From IMG/VR virus record IMGVR_UViG_3300047157_000171: a stretch of DNA of 64,000 nt; one strand, given 5' to 3'. Position numbers and translations under genes: made by a program. Below the pieces are notes generated by a model. That model saw nothing but the letters and a program-made list of their open reading frames with translations, was not told where the DNA came from and ran no database searches. Numbering within the stretch: the stretch's first letter is position 1; every line of letters starts with the position of its first letter. The stretch is from a virus. Shown piece after piece: positions 1 through 9,549 of this stretch.

Positions 1-7
1 TAATTTT

Positions 8-15
8 TACTTTTG
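8..15 (+). promoter_or_regulatory. Bacteroidota-type -7 element (TACTTTTG)
   Basis: Matches TAnnTTTG, 20 nt before the ATG at 36; the -33 element would lie outside the window. Confidence 0.5.
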
Positions 16-35
16 TCTACTTATAAAATACACAT

Positions 36-617
36 ATGAATAAAAGAAATAAGTCATACCTACTTTTCCTTTATGGGGTTTGGATAGATGAGAAAGATAT
101 TATACGTGCGCTACAAGAGACACTAATCGTTGTAATTGACACGGGATATATGAAGTTTGTACACGGACCAGGTTCCGCTATTGTTTGTTTTAAATCGCAA
201 GAAAGTTTTGAGGATTTGGCTGACTTCATACAAGATTCTTTACCAAACTACGTTACTAATCACATATTCATTCCAAAACCAAGAAAACTATCACATAGAT
301 TTCCTGATGATATGGACAAACACTTATTCGATGTTGATACCAACACTAATGATTTAGTTGATAAGCAAAACGAAAAATATCAAACACCACCAGATATCCC
401 TATGAATATGGAGGACTTCGATAATCCAATGTTCGATGGGATTATAGGTAAAATAGATGAGATGTTTGAAGATTTTGTAACAGACGTAAAGAAAATTACT
501 AATAAATCAAATAATTTTAATATTGATGATATATTAGATAAGATAACAGAAAATGGCGTATCTTCGCTAACCAAAGAGGAGAAAGATTTTTTAGATAAAC
601 AAAACAACCAAAAATAA
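36..617 (+). CDS. Hypothetical protein with C-terminal DUF6576-like motif
   Basis: C-terminal NIDDILDKITENGVSSLTKEEKDFL resembles the short helical domain at the end of Bacteroidota rhomboid proteins. Confidence 0.55.
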   Translation: MNKRNKSYLLFLYGVWIDEKDIIRALQETLIVVIDTGYMKFVHGPGSAIVCFKSQESFEDLADFIQDSLPNYVTNHIFIPKPRKLSHRFPDDMDKHLFDVDTNTNDLVDKQNEKYQTPPDIPMNMEDFDNPMFDGIIGKIDEMFEDFVTDVKKITNKSNNFNIDDILDKITENGVSSLTKEEKDFLDKQNNQK

Positions 618-620
618 TAT

Positions 621-1412
621 ATGGCTAAATACACATCACACATCAACCAAGACGAGATATCACATTATCTTAAAGAGTTAAGAAAGATTCCTGTTATAAC
701 ACCAGAAAGAGAAAAGGAATTGTCTAAAATCATGTTAAACCCCGATGTAACCCAACGAGAGATTGATAAGGTACATAAAGAATTATTAGAGGGTAACTTA
801 AGATTCGTTATAACAGTAGCTAAAGACTACCAAGGTCAAGGTATTGATTTATCTGACTTGATATCTGAGGGTAATTTAGGTCTTATGAAGGCGATTAAGT
901 CATTTGATTGGAGTAGAGGTTTAAGATTTATATCATACGCAGTATGGTGGGTTAAACAATCAATCTTCCAATGTCTAAATGAAAACTCAAGGACTATTAG
1001 ATTACCTGTTAATGTTGTGCAAGAAGTACAAAAGGCAAAAAAACAAGATAAACGTGTGGAGGATATAAACCCACGTCTTAGTAATTTAGCACATGCAATT
1101 ACCTTCGATGACCATATTAATGAGGAGGGTGATACTATGTTCGATTTATTAGAGGATGCTGATGCGGTGATGCCAGATTCAGCTTTGGACGGTAAAGATA
1201 TAGTTAAAAGACAACTCCTTAATATTATGGATGTCTTAGACGAACGTGAAAATGCTATCGTTAAAGATTACTTCGGAATCACTGGAACCCCAAGAACGTT
1301 AGAGGACATTGGTAATGATTTCGGACTAACAAAAGAAAGGGTTAGACAAATTAAAGAAAAGGCACTACGTAAGTTACGTAATGAGTCAGACGCAATATTT
1401 GACTACTTATAA
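621..1412 (+). CDS. RNA polymerase sigma-70 factor, RpoD/SigA-like (Bacteroidota type, no region 1.1)
   Basis: Region 2 NLRFVITVAKDYQGQG..DLISEGNLGLMKA..FISYAVWWVKQSI; region 4.2 TLEDIGNDFGLTKERVRQIKEKALRKLR. Confidence 0.95.
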   Translation: MAKYTSHINQDEISHYLKELRKIPVITPEREKELSKIMLNPDVTQREIDKVHKELLEGNLRFVITVAKDYQGQGIDLSDLISEGNLGLMKAIKSFDWSRGLRFISYAVWWVKQSIFQCLNENSRTIRLPVNVVQEVQKAKKQDKRVEDINPRLSNLAHAITFDDHINEEGDTMFDLLEDADAVMPDSALDGKDIVKRQLLNIMDVLDERENAIVKDYFGITGTPRTLEDIGNDFGLTKERVRQIKEKALRKLRNESDAIFDYL

Positions 1413-1421
1413 AAGTTTGAC

Positions 1422-1429
1422 TATTTATA
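1422..1429 (+). promoter_or_regulatory. Putative late-promoter motif TATTTATA
   Basis: Intergenic, upstream of 1465; same motif recurs before many virion-type genes. Confidence 0.45.
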
Positions 1430-1464
1430 GTGATATGTGTATTATTTAAAAATACTATGTCATT

Positions 1465-2991
1465 ATGAGAATACTTAGAGAACTACAGAAAAGAATATTC
1501 CCAACGTTGATAGCACTTACGGCATTGTCCGTGAGTCTTTCAGCTGCCTTTTATTCGGTAACGGGATTAAGTAAATTATTTGCGGGAGCGTCATTCCAAG
1601 TTATGGTAATGGCGGGTTCATTAGAAGTTGCTAAATTGGTGATAGCTTCGTTGCTATACCAATATTGGGGACAGTTAAATAAGATATTAAGAACCTATCT
1701 GTCAGTTGCTACTGTGATATTGGTGATAATTACATCGGTAGGTATATATGGATTCTTATCTGCGGCGTACCAAGAAACTGCAACGAAAACAGGAATCGTA
1801 GATAAAGAAGTTGAGTTATTAGAACTTAGAAAAAATAGATTTATTGAGAGTAGAGATTACTACTACCAAGAAAAAAAGTCTTTAGATGAGGGGATAAATC
1901 AATTAAGAAAAGGTTTATCTAATAACGTCATTCAATATAAAGATAAAGAAACAGGTCAGATTATAACCACAACATCATCTTCAAACCGAAGAGCATTACA
2001 AGAACAACTTAAGAGTGCTATAGAACAAAGAAGTCAAATCTCTATTAAATTAGAACAGGCGACAGATTCTATAAATTCAATAGAGGTTAAATCATTGACA
2101 GTAGAGACAGAGTCAGATTTGGCTGGTGAATTGGGCCCACTTAAATATTTGAGTGAATTGACGGAAGTGCCGATGAATAAGATTATCAATTACTTATTAT
2201 TGGTTATTATATTTGTGTTTGACCCGTTAGCCATATCCTTAGTGATTGCTGCTAACTTTGCATTTGATAAAATAAGACCTAAAAAGAAAGAGGTTGATGA
2301 CAATACGGAGGTTGGACCACAACCAATGATTTTAAACGAAGAAGTTTTATCACACATAGAAAAAGTATTAGATAAAAAAGTTAGGGATGTCTCAGACCTT
2401 AAAGAACCTGATTCTGAACAAGGGGTAATGGTTGATGAAGAAGAAATCGACGAAGACAATATGTACGATGAAGATTACTACCAATGGGAAAAAGAATCTG
2501 TTGAAGAATTACATTTACAAGACATATCTGAAGATTTCGAAGAAGATATCATAATTGATAAATCCAACCAAGACGAGTTAATCAGAACAATGGCTAGTTT
2601 AGATAGTAGTGAAGTTTTACGTGAAATTAAGAAAGAGATGACGCCAGATAAAGATAATTCATGGGATGTTACATTACAAGACGGTTTAGAGGAAGAAGAG
2701 GAATGGGATGAAGACCATGCCCTTGATTTGGTAATGAACGATATGGTTAAAGATTTCACTGAGGAGGATATTCAAAAAATAATTGATACCAACGAAGAAG
2801 AAATCGAACCTAATGAGGATTTAAAATTGGCAACTGAAAAGTTTAAAGAAATAGTGGTTAATGACCCTGAAGAAGTGGTTGTTGAGGATACATTAAAAGA
2901 AGTGGAACCACCTGTTAGTAAAACTAATGTGTCACCATATTTAAGAGTGGGAAACAGGGTAATACCGAGAAACAAGAGATATGGAAAATAA
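1465..2991 (+). CDS. Multi-pass membrane protein with coiled coil and acidic C-terminal tail
   Basis: About three N-terminal hydrophobic helices, coiled-coil segment, further TM (YLLLVIIFVFDPLAISLVIAA), D/E-rich tail. Confidence 0.7.
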   Translation: MRILRELQKRIFPTLIALTALSVSLSAAFYSVTGLSKLFAGASFQVMVMAGSLEVAKLVIASLLYQYWGQLNKILRTYLSVATVILVIITSVGIYGFLSAAYQETATKTGIVDKEVELLELRKNRFIESRDYYYQEKKSLDEGINQLRKGLSNNVIQYKDKETGQIITTTSSSNRRALQEQLKSAIEQRSQISIKLEQATDSINSIEVKSLTVETESDLAGELGPLKYLSELTEVPMNKIINYLLLVIIFVFDPLAISLVIAANFAFDKIRPKKKEVDDNTEVGPQPMILNEEVLSHIEKVLDKKVRDVSDLKEPDSEQGVMVDEEEIDEDNMYDEDYYQWEKESVEELHLQDISEDFEEDIIIDKSNQDELIRTMASLDSSEVLREIKKEMTPDKDNSWDVTLQDGLEEEEEWDEDHALDLVMNDMVKDFTEEDIQKIIDTNEEEIEPNEDLKLATEKFKEIVVNDPEEVVVEDTLKEVEPPVSKTNVSPYLRVGNRVIPRNKRYGK

Positions 2992-3574
2992 TCAAAAGCC
3001 GTTTCATATTAGAAGAAAACAGAATAAGACTCAAATAATGTTAACTCACACATCACGTGACTTAAAATTTTATTTTATGACTCTTAAGTATAGATACGGT
3101 GGTAAGTTTGAAAGAATACCGTCTTATATTATTAGTAAAGATGGTAAGGTAACCAATTTATTTGAGGCAAAATATAGTTCAAACTACTTTGGGACTAGAA
3201 GAATTGATAACCGAGCGATTATAATTTCATTAGAAAATAACGGTTGGTTAAAAAAACATCACCTATCAGGTAAGTTTATGAACTGGGTTGGTGATATTTA
3301 TTTTAAGAAGCCTTTCGAAAAGAAATGGAGAGGTTTCGGGTTTTGGGATTCTTATACTGATGAACAGTATAAATCATTATCGGACCTAATAATAAAGTTA
3401 AGTGAAGAGTTTGACATACCTTTAGAGTATGTGGGACACAACACTAAGATTACGGGGGTACAAAATTTTAAAGGTATTACCTCAAGGTCGAACTATTCGG
3501 ATATACATACAGATGTATCACCGGCATTTGATTTTAAAAAGTTAAAACAATATATAGATGAAAAACACGATTAA
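2981..3574 (+). CDS. N-acetylmuramoyl-L-alanine amidase-like protein (Amidase_2 fold), possibly degenerate
   Basis: IMLTHT, YIISKDGKV, IIISLEN, YTDEQYKSLSDLI, TDVSPAFDF follow the Amidase_2 motif order; the second Zn-ligand His appears replaced (GITSRSN). Confidence 0.7.
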   Translation: MENNQKPFHIRRKQNKTQIMLTHTSRDLKFYFMTLKYRYGGKFERIPSYIISKDGKVTNLFEAKYSSNYFGTRRIDNRAIIISLENNGWLKKHHLSGKFMNWVGDIYFKKPFEKKWRGFGFWDSYTDEQYKSLSDLIIKLSEEFDIPLEYVGHNTKITGVQNFKGITSRSNYSDIHTDVSPAFDFKKLKQYIDEKHD

Positions 3575-4079
3575 CGAATACGACCAAATTAAAACGTTAC
3601 TTAAACGTTCAAGGGCGTTAACAGAACAAATTGATGACAGACAAAGTATTGACGATGCGTCATCAGAAGACACTAAACCTGAAGAAAAGAGAGAAGAGTT
3701 CACAGTTTCAGGTGGTAAGATAGTTGTACACGGTTACGAAACAGAAGATATGAAAGTAACTGATGAAGAAAAACAAAACTTCCAAGAGACTATGGATGAA
3801 TTTGTTGAACAGGTTTCTGATTTAGTTGATTATAACGCATTACATCTTTACCCGGATAACATTGAATGGTCAGGTAAGTTAGTTAAATTTGACTTAGAAT
3901 TCTTTTACACGTTAGGTGAAAACAACGGAGTATATCTAAACGGTCAAATGATTAAAATTGACGACGACTTTTTAGAGATGATTAGTAAGTTAAGAAACTA
4001 CTATAAAGTATTCTCAAGTAAGTGGGCTAAATTAGTGGCTGCGAGAAAGAAAACAGAAATAGATGACGATTCTATATAA
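3558..4079 (+). CDS. Hypothetical protein
   Basis: 173-aa ORF overlapping both neighbours; N-terminal INE/LTE motifs. Confidence 0.7.
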   Translation: MKNTINEYDQIKTLLKRSRALTEQIDDRQSIDDASSEDTKPEEKREEFTVSGGKIVVHGYETEDMKVTDEEKQNFQETMDEFVEQVSDLVDYNALHLYPDNIEWSGKLVKFDLEFFYTLGENNGVYLNGQMIKIDDDFLEMISKLRNYYKVFSSKWAKLVAARKKTEIDDDSI

Positions 4080-4959
4080 AATATTAGGTTATATAACTGA
4101 TGGTTTGGGGTTAATTAAAAAATACCCTAAATTTTTCTTAGGTGTTGCTATTGCTATTTTTGTTATGTTATTCTTCAAACAATGTGAAGATAATAGACAA
4201 CTTAAAAATAGTATTGAGCAATTAGAAGTTGATATAGATAACGAATCTAATAGAACTTTAAATAATATAAAGGCGTTAAGGGACAGTGTGATAACAATCA
4301 ATGAGACTAACACATATTTAAAAGGTGTTGTTAGGGTTAAGGATGGTGAGAACGAAATTTTATCAGAAAGAATAGGAAAACAAGTAGTTAAGATTAACAC
4401 TCTAAAAGAAAAATTAGACGATAAAATTAAAATTAAGAATGTTTATGTTACTGATATTACTTCAGAAATTGAAACTAATGATGTGTTAACTCAGGTTGAC
4501 AGGGACACTTTAGGTAATATTGGTATTGGGATAAAGGATAGTAATCAGGTGTATTCTATTGAAACACAAACGTGGTTTAAGTTGATTCCTGATTCTACGA
4601 GTATGAAACTAAAATTGGTGGATAAGTACGGTTTCGGAAAAAGTTCACTATTAAAACAAAATTTTAATTTCTCATTAACATTATCTCAATTAGAGTTACC
4701 AGACGGTAATACAAGGGTTCTTATAACCCCGTATGATACTTTTGGTAATGAGATACCAAAAAGTCTATTATCGATACCATACGTTGACGGTGTTGATTTT
4801 ATAGACATTGAACCACAGTTAATACCTTCACCAATTAAGAAAAGAAAAAGGACAGGATTTGGTGTAATGATTGGTCCTAGTTTTGGGTTAAATCAATTCG
4901 ATGGAGCCTTCAGACCGACATGGGGAATAGGAATAACTGTAGGTTATAAGATTTTCTAA
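4063..4959 (+). CDS. Membrane-anchored coiled-coil protein with C-terminal amphipathic beta-strands (spanin-like candidate)
   Basis: N-terminal TM ending FFKQC, coiled coil, C-terminus GFGVMIGPSFG..WGIGITVGYKIF. Confidence 0.5.
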   Translation: MTILYKILGYITDGLGLIKKYPKFFLGVAIAIFVMLFFKQCEDNRQLKNSIEQLEVDIDNESNRTLNNIKALRDSVITINETNTYLKGVVRVKDGENEILSERIGKQVVKINTLKEKLDDKIKIKNVYVTDITSEIETNDVLTQVDRDTLGNIGIGIKDSNQVYSIETQTWFKLIPDSTSMKLKLVDKYGFGKSSLLKQNFNFSLTLSQLELPDGNTRVLITPYDTFGNEIPKSLLSIPYVDGVDFIDIEPQLIPSPIKKRKRTGFGVMIGPSFGLNQFDGAFRPTWGIGITVGYKIF

Positions 4960-4967
4960 TATTTATT
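4960..4967 (+). promoter_or_regulatory. Putative late-promoter motif TATTTATT
   Basis: Fills the 12-nt gap before 4972. Confidence 0.35.
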
Positions 4968-4971
4968 AGTA

Positions 4972-5220
4972 ATGGCACTAACAAAAACAGACACATTAAA
5001 GATTGAGAGAATGGTTCGTAAAGAGATGAAAGACTTTATGAGTAGCAGTCGTATAAAAAACCTTGTTATCAAATCCGTAGAGGAGGAGTTATCGAAAAAA
5101 GGGGTTGTAGATAAAAAGCAAGTGGTTGACATTTCCACTAAAGCATTGGTTGAGTTGTTCAGACAATTATGGATGAGAAGAAGTTTTTGGGAACAACCAG
5201 TAAAAAACATTAGACCGTAA
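4972..5220 (+). CDS. Hypothetical protein
   Basis: 82-aa ORF, TAATG-coupled to the next gene. Confidence 0.7.
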   Translation: MALTKTDTLKIERMVRKEMKDFMSSSRIKNLVIKSVEEELSKKGVVDKKQVVDISTKALVELFRQLWMRRSFWEQPVKNIRP

Positions 5221-6281
5221 TGGATATTAAAAAAGACATAAAAAGCGCATTGACTACTCACATGAGTAAAGTAGGTCATATTAACCAATCAAAAGACTTA
5301 AGTAATTTAAGTAATATGATATCTGAGAAAACCGTAAAATTCGGAAAGAAAGATGTGTATGAGATATTAGATGAGGTTATGACTGTAGAAGGTGATATTG
5401 ACGAATTAAGGTTAAACCCTTTTGGTTCGAATATTAAAGACATTGAGAAAGCATCTGCTAGTTTCATTAAAGTGTTATCTAAGAAATTACCTAAGTTAAA
5501 AGTTCAGGATTTACAAAGACTTAAAGTATTGTTTGGTCAGGTGGAGTCAGAATTGAGAAACGTTAAGAACCAAATTAATCTTGACGGTGTTGATGAGCCA
5601 GAACCGTCTACAAAAGAAAAAATTATTAATAAGGTTAAGGGGATGATGTCAGAAATCACAGGAGCCGCTTCGGCAGGAGGATTTTTAGGACCACTCTTTT
5701 CACCGATAGTAAAACAAAAAGGACCATCAAAACCAAATAAGAATAAAAAGTCTTATGAGGTTAAAGAAGATAAAGGTTTCTCAAAGTACTTAGAAACTGA
5801 TGAAAACCCTAATGGGGAAACTGACGGGTTAACTCCTGATGTTTTAAACAACATTATCTCTAAGATTGTAAAATCACATAATGATGAAGAAGAGACACCT
5901 AAAATGGATACAAAAGAGGCTACATTAGCGTCAAGTTCAGGGTCTTATGAGACACCATTCTTTTTAGCTAAGAATAATAAGAATTGGAGAGGTGCTGCTA
6001 AGACATTATATAAAGGTGGTAAATTTGTGAAGGTAAAGGATAAGTGTAAGACATTCCCATATTGTAACCAAGGAGATATAAAGGCATTAGAATTATTTGA
6101 AAACGGGAAGTACTCAACGTTAGCTGAGAAAGTTGCTGACAAAATGGGTGAAGACCCACTAAAAGTTAAATCATTAGTATTGAACAATATTGAAGAGTCA
6201 TTATTTCAGACAAGGATGAAAGAAAAGAATGAAAAGAATATTGAAAATTCAGAAAAAAACAATAAGATTAAGAATAAATAA
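5220..6281 (+). CDS. Hypothetical, probably virion/head-associated protein
   Basis: 353 aa, low-complexity charged linkers, C-proximal KCKTFPYCNQGD motif. Confidence 0.65.
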   Translation: MDIKKDIKSALTTHMSKVGHINQSKDLSNLSNMISEKTVKFGKKDVYEILDEVMTVEGDIDELRLNPFGSNIKDIEKASASFIKVLSKKLPKLKVQDLQRLKVLFGQVESELRNVKNQINLDGVDEPEPSTKEKIINKVKGMMSEITGAASAGGFLGPLFSPIVKQKGPSKPNKNKKSYEVKEDKGFSKYLETDENPNGETDGLTPDVLNNIISKIVKSHNDEEETPKMDTKEATLASSSGSYETPFFLAKNNKNWRGAAKTLYKGGKFVKVKDKCKTFPYCNQGDIKALELFENGKYSTLAEKVADKMGEDPLKVKSLVLNNIEESLFQTRMKEKNEKNIENSEKNNKIKNK

Positions 6282-6292
6282 TACTATAAAGA

Positions 6293-6300
6293 TATTTATA
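6293..6300 (+). promoter_or_regulatory. Putative late-promoter motif TATTTATA
   Basis: Intergenic, 16 nt before 6317. Confidence 0.45.
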
Positions 6301-6316
6301 TTAAAAGACCATTAAG

Positions 6317-7207
6317 ATGAAACTAAATAAATTCAATAAAGAACTAGGTAATATTATCGAAAACGTCGTAAAAGACGAAGTTCTTAAGACATTAAATATA
6401 ACTGAAGAGGCTACGGTTTGTGAAAACTGTGGATTAAATGAGACGGAATGTAAATGTGCCGTTAATGAAGAATCTGATGTAGACGAAGGAAATGCTTTTA
6501 CAGATGCTAGAAGTAAGGCTATTGAAGCGGGTGAAGATTCGTTTACAGTTGACGGAAAAGAGTATCCAGTTAAAGGAGATAAGGAAGAAGTTAAAGAATC
6601 TACTAAAAAAGTATTAACATTAACAGAATCTGAACTTATATCTCTTATTGAGAAGTTAGTTTCAGAACAACAATCAGTACCTGGAATTGATGAATACAAA
6701 AAGGCTCATAAAGAATCAGGTAAGTTTAATAAAGATAATGACGAGATTGTCTCTAAAAAAATGTCTGAATATACAGATGTTGAAGGAGGAGAGAAAAACG
6801 AATTTCCAAATCAAAATGGTGGTGAAGTAAAAGCCGATAGAGTTGAAGATGACAAAGAAATCGAATTCATTGAAGATATGAAGGGTGGGATGACCGCTTT
6901 AGAGTATGACAGAACAAATGATGAATTTGAAGAAAAAGTAGAGAAACAACTTAAAGGAGATTCAACTCAAGGAAACGCTCAAGTTGATGAGGATAACGAA
7001 CCATTAGGTAACGTAGTCCCAACAGAGACAGGTGAGAAGTTCGACAAAGCTCGTAAAAGACAAGGTCTTAACAAAGAAAAGAAAAAGGGTTACAATACAT
7101 TTCCACAAAAGGTTGAGCAGGTTAAAGAGTCGTTGATAAACGATAAAGTGTTATCAGATATGGATAAGATGAAGCATCTTGTTCTGTATACGAAAAAGAC
7201 TCAATAA
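6317..7207 (+). CDS. Acidic protein, putative prohead core/internal head protein
   Basis: Repeated (I/L/V)xE motifs (IIEN, ITEE, LNET, VNEE, LTESEL, VSEQ); AFTDARSKAIEAGEDSFTVDGKEYPV motif. Confidence 0.6.
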   Translation: MKLNKFNKELGNIIENVVKDEVLKTLNITEEATVCENCGLNETECKCAVNEESDVDEGNAFTDARSKAIEAGEDSFTVDGKEYPVKGDKEEVKESTKKVLTLTESELISLIEKLVSEQQSVPGIDEYKKAHKESGKFNKDNDEIVSKKMSEYTDVEGGEKNEFPNQNGGEVKADRVEDDKEIEFIEDMKGGMTALEYDRTNDEFEEKVEKQLKGDSTQGNAQVDEDNEPLGNVVPTETGEKFDKARKRQGLNKEKKKGYNTFPQKVEQVKESLINDKVLSDMDKMKHLVLYTKKTQ

Positions 7208-7244
7208 GACTTGATATAACTTAAGTTTTTGGTATTCTTATTGT

Positions 7245-7715
7245 ATGAGTGATAATCAAAACTTTATAGTTACAGAGTTTTATCAATACCTTACTCAAGA
7301 GATGAATGAAAATCAAATAGAGGTATGGTTAAAGGCTAATAACATAATCCCCGAATATTCTGAATTATTCTATGATTTTGTTATGTCTTTGTATACTCTC
7401 GTAGAAATCACATACTTAGGAGACGATGTGGTGTCTGATGTCGATGACAAACAGGGACACTTCAACTGGTGCTTTAACAAAGTTATTGACGACTTTGAGA
7501 AAGAAGGTATTGTGTTTTCACCTAAAGGTCAACACTACGACTACTTTTGGTCATTCTTTAAAGATGCTTTTTACTACGAAGAAACTAGAGAGACCGTAGA
7601 GAATATAGAAATATTTTTTAAAAACCTGTTTAACTTAAAAGGTAAAAAGACTAAGAGTGAGTTAGATATGTATACTGATTTGTATAAAATATTAGAAAAC
7701 GCATTAAAGTCTTGA
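7245..7715 (+). CDS. Hypothetical protein
   Basis: 156-aa ORF with normal codon usage. Confidence 0.7.
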   Translation: MSDNQNFIVTEFYQYLTQEMNENQIEVWLKANNIIPEYSELFYDFVMSLYTLVEITYLGDDVVSDVDDKQGHFNWCFNKVIDDFEKEGIVFSPKGQHYDYFWSFFKDAFYYEETRETVENIEIFFKNLFNLKGKKTKSELDMYTDLYKILENALKS

Positions 7716-7763
7716 CATAACATAAAAAAGTAATTAACTTTTACATAAATAAAAACAATTGTA

Positions 7764-7937
7764 ATGGATACATTAACGAAAATTAAAGAATTAACTGAGG
7801 TATTATCTTATGATTCTCAGAAAGCGATTGAGAAAGGTAATAAAAGTGCCGCTACAAGAGCTAGAAAAACGGCACAAGAGATAAAAAATCTTTTACAAGA
7901 TTTGAGAAAAGAGGTTTTAGACGCAACAAGAAAATAA
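7764..7937 (+). CDS. Hc1/histone H1-like small DNA-binding protein (57 aa, not in ORF track)
   Basis: Hand translation MDTLTKIKELTEVLSYDSQKAIEKGNKSAATRARKTAQEIKNLLQDLRKEVLDATRK; KGNKxAxxRARK is the signature of the Bacteroidota histone-H1-like family. Confidence 0.8.
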   Translation: MDTLTKIKELTEVLSYDSQKAIEKGNKSAATRARKTAQEIKNLLQDLRKEVLDATRK

Positions 7938-7938
7938 G

Positions 7939-8118
7939 ATGATACATAAAATTGAATTATTCCTTTTTATCCTTTCAGTATTCTACAATACTACATTAGT
8001 ATTTAAGATGGTTAGAAATGTTCTTAGAACACCACCACAACCGTTAAACTTAGAATGGAAAGATATGTTACTTTGGGGTATTTCATTATCATACATTATA
8101 ACCTATATTTTAACATAA
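7939..8118 (+). CDS. Small two-TM membrane protein (59 aa, not in ORF track)
   Basis: MIHKIELFLFILSVFYNTTLVFKMVRNVLRTPPQPLNLEWKDMLLWGISLSYIITYILT; exactly fills the gap between neighbours. Confidence 0.65.
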   Translation: MIHKIELFLFILSVFYNTTLVFKMVRNVLRTPPQPLNLEWKDMLLWGISLSYIITYILT

Positions 8119-8119
8119 C

Positions 8120-8569
8120 ATGAGTTTATATAATCACATAGAAAAAATGGAACCTTACTTCCATTCAATCAGAAAACATAAAGGATTTTTTATCATTGAT
8201 ATTAAATTACCAGATGATTGGAGATATAAGGACATTACTTTTGAAAAGAAAGATGTTGTAGGTTTTAAAGACAATGGATTAAAAGACGGTAAGAGATTCT
8301 TATCTTTCTTCTCAAAGCAAGAAGAGATTGATATTGAAAATTCGGTTAACACGGTCTTAGAGGTTATAGAGTCAAACAAAGAGAGAGAAGCTAAAGAATC
8401 GTTATTAAGAGAGAAAATGGTTGAACTTAAAAAACAGTTTGAACAAACTGACTTAGATACCCTTAAAAGTTTAGAATTTGTCTTTGACTCTACTGAAGAA
8501 ATAGAAACAGAAATAGAAAGTCACGATGAAGGAAGTGAATTGGTTGAGCAGGGAACTGAAGAGGGATAG
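8120..8569 (+). CDS. Hypothetical protein
   Basis: 149-aa ORF, C-terminal coiled coil. Confidence 0.7.
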   Translation: MSLYNHIEKMEPYFHSIRKHKGFFIIDIKLPDDWRYKDITFEKKDVVGFKDNGLKDGKRFLSFFSKQEEIDIENSVNTVLEVIESNKEREAKESLLREKMVELKKQFEQTDLDTLKSLEFVFDSTEEIETEIESHDEGSELVEQGTEEG

Positions 8570-8714
8570 TCTTGAGGTTAAAACCCACAAAGAAAATTTG
8601 ATTAAACAAATAACTTCGTTAAATAAAGAGGTTATTTCGAACACCGTAGTAGTTAATACGGAGAAAAAACGTTTAGGATTGATATGGCGACTAAAAAAGG
8701 TGTTGGGGATATAA
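8526..8714 (+). CDS. Hypothetical protein
   Basis: 62-aa ORF overlapping both neighbours. Confidence 0.55.
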   Translation: MKEVNWLSRELKRDSLEVKTHKENLIKQITSLNKEVISNTVVVNTEKKRLGLIWRLKKVLGI

Positions 8715-8917
8715 TGAATCAATTAGGTATAATCTCAGACCTATTAGAAAAAATAAATTTAGAGACAGAAAACGTAAAAGTTGACATAGATTTAAAATCT
8801 GAAGAGTTTGATGAGATACATAATAAAGTAGTTCAAAAACGAGGGTTGTTTGTTATTCCTAAAAAATCTTTTAACGTAACAATTTCAGGTATTACATTCA
8901 CATTTAGAAAAGTCTAA
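8684..8917 (+). CDS. Hypothetical protein
   Basis: 77-aa ORF (start may be the ATG at 8714). Confidence 0.55.
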   Translation: MATKKGVGDIMNQLGIISDLLEKINLETENVKVDIDLKSEEFDEIHNKVVQKRGLFVIPKKSFNVTISGITFTFRKV

Positions 8918-9549
8918 TAAGAGTAATGACGATATAAGGATTCCTTTGGGAATCCATTTTTTTGCAGTAAAACGTATAAATCTTTACGTTGAGCGGTTGA
9001 AAAATCAATTACATACATAACATTTCCCATTCCATCGTCTAAAGACAGTTTACGAAGAATACTAAACAATCTCTGACAATCATCTATATTTTTAAGACCA
9101 TAACCAATAATACTATCGTCTTTTTGTATGAATATCTTAGAATTAAGTGTGAAAACTTGTTTAAATTCGCCACCACGTTTTATTCGTCTATATAATTCTT
9201 CAGCATAGATAAATTCGTTGTTTTTATAATCCCATATTTTTTCTTCAATATCGTAATCATCTAAATTTAAGAATGTATATAATCCTGAAGTGAATTCTGC
9301 TTTTTTATTTCTACCTAAATCATCTTTAAAGAATAAGTCAGGTGATGGTACGTCTAAAGTGGTAACTAACGCAATATTATATTTGACTTTCTCTTTATTA
9401 CGAAAGACTTGCGGAAAAATGGGTTTATCTTTATTTAGATATTCCTTATATTTCTTTTTAGTATTGTTTAAGTTATTGGACCTAAACAACACTCTTCTTT
9501 TTTTCTTATTAGAAAAAAGAACAATACAATATTTTTTATCAGTACCCAT
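8914..9549 (-). CDS. Hypothetical protein
   Basis: 211-aa ORF; more plausible than the short + strand ORF it overlaps. Confidence 0.7.
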   Translation of the reverse strand: MGTDKKYCIVLFSNKKKRRVLFRSNNLNNTKKKYKEYLNKDKPIFPQVFRNKEKVKYNIALVTTLDVPSPDLFFKDDLGRNKKAEFTSGLYTFLNLDDYDIEEKIWDYKNNEFIYAEELYRRIKRGGEFKQVFTLNSKIFIQKDDSIIGYGLKNIDDCQRLFSILRKLSLDDGMGNVMYVIDFSTAQRKDLYVLLQKNGFPKESLYRHYSY

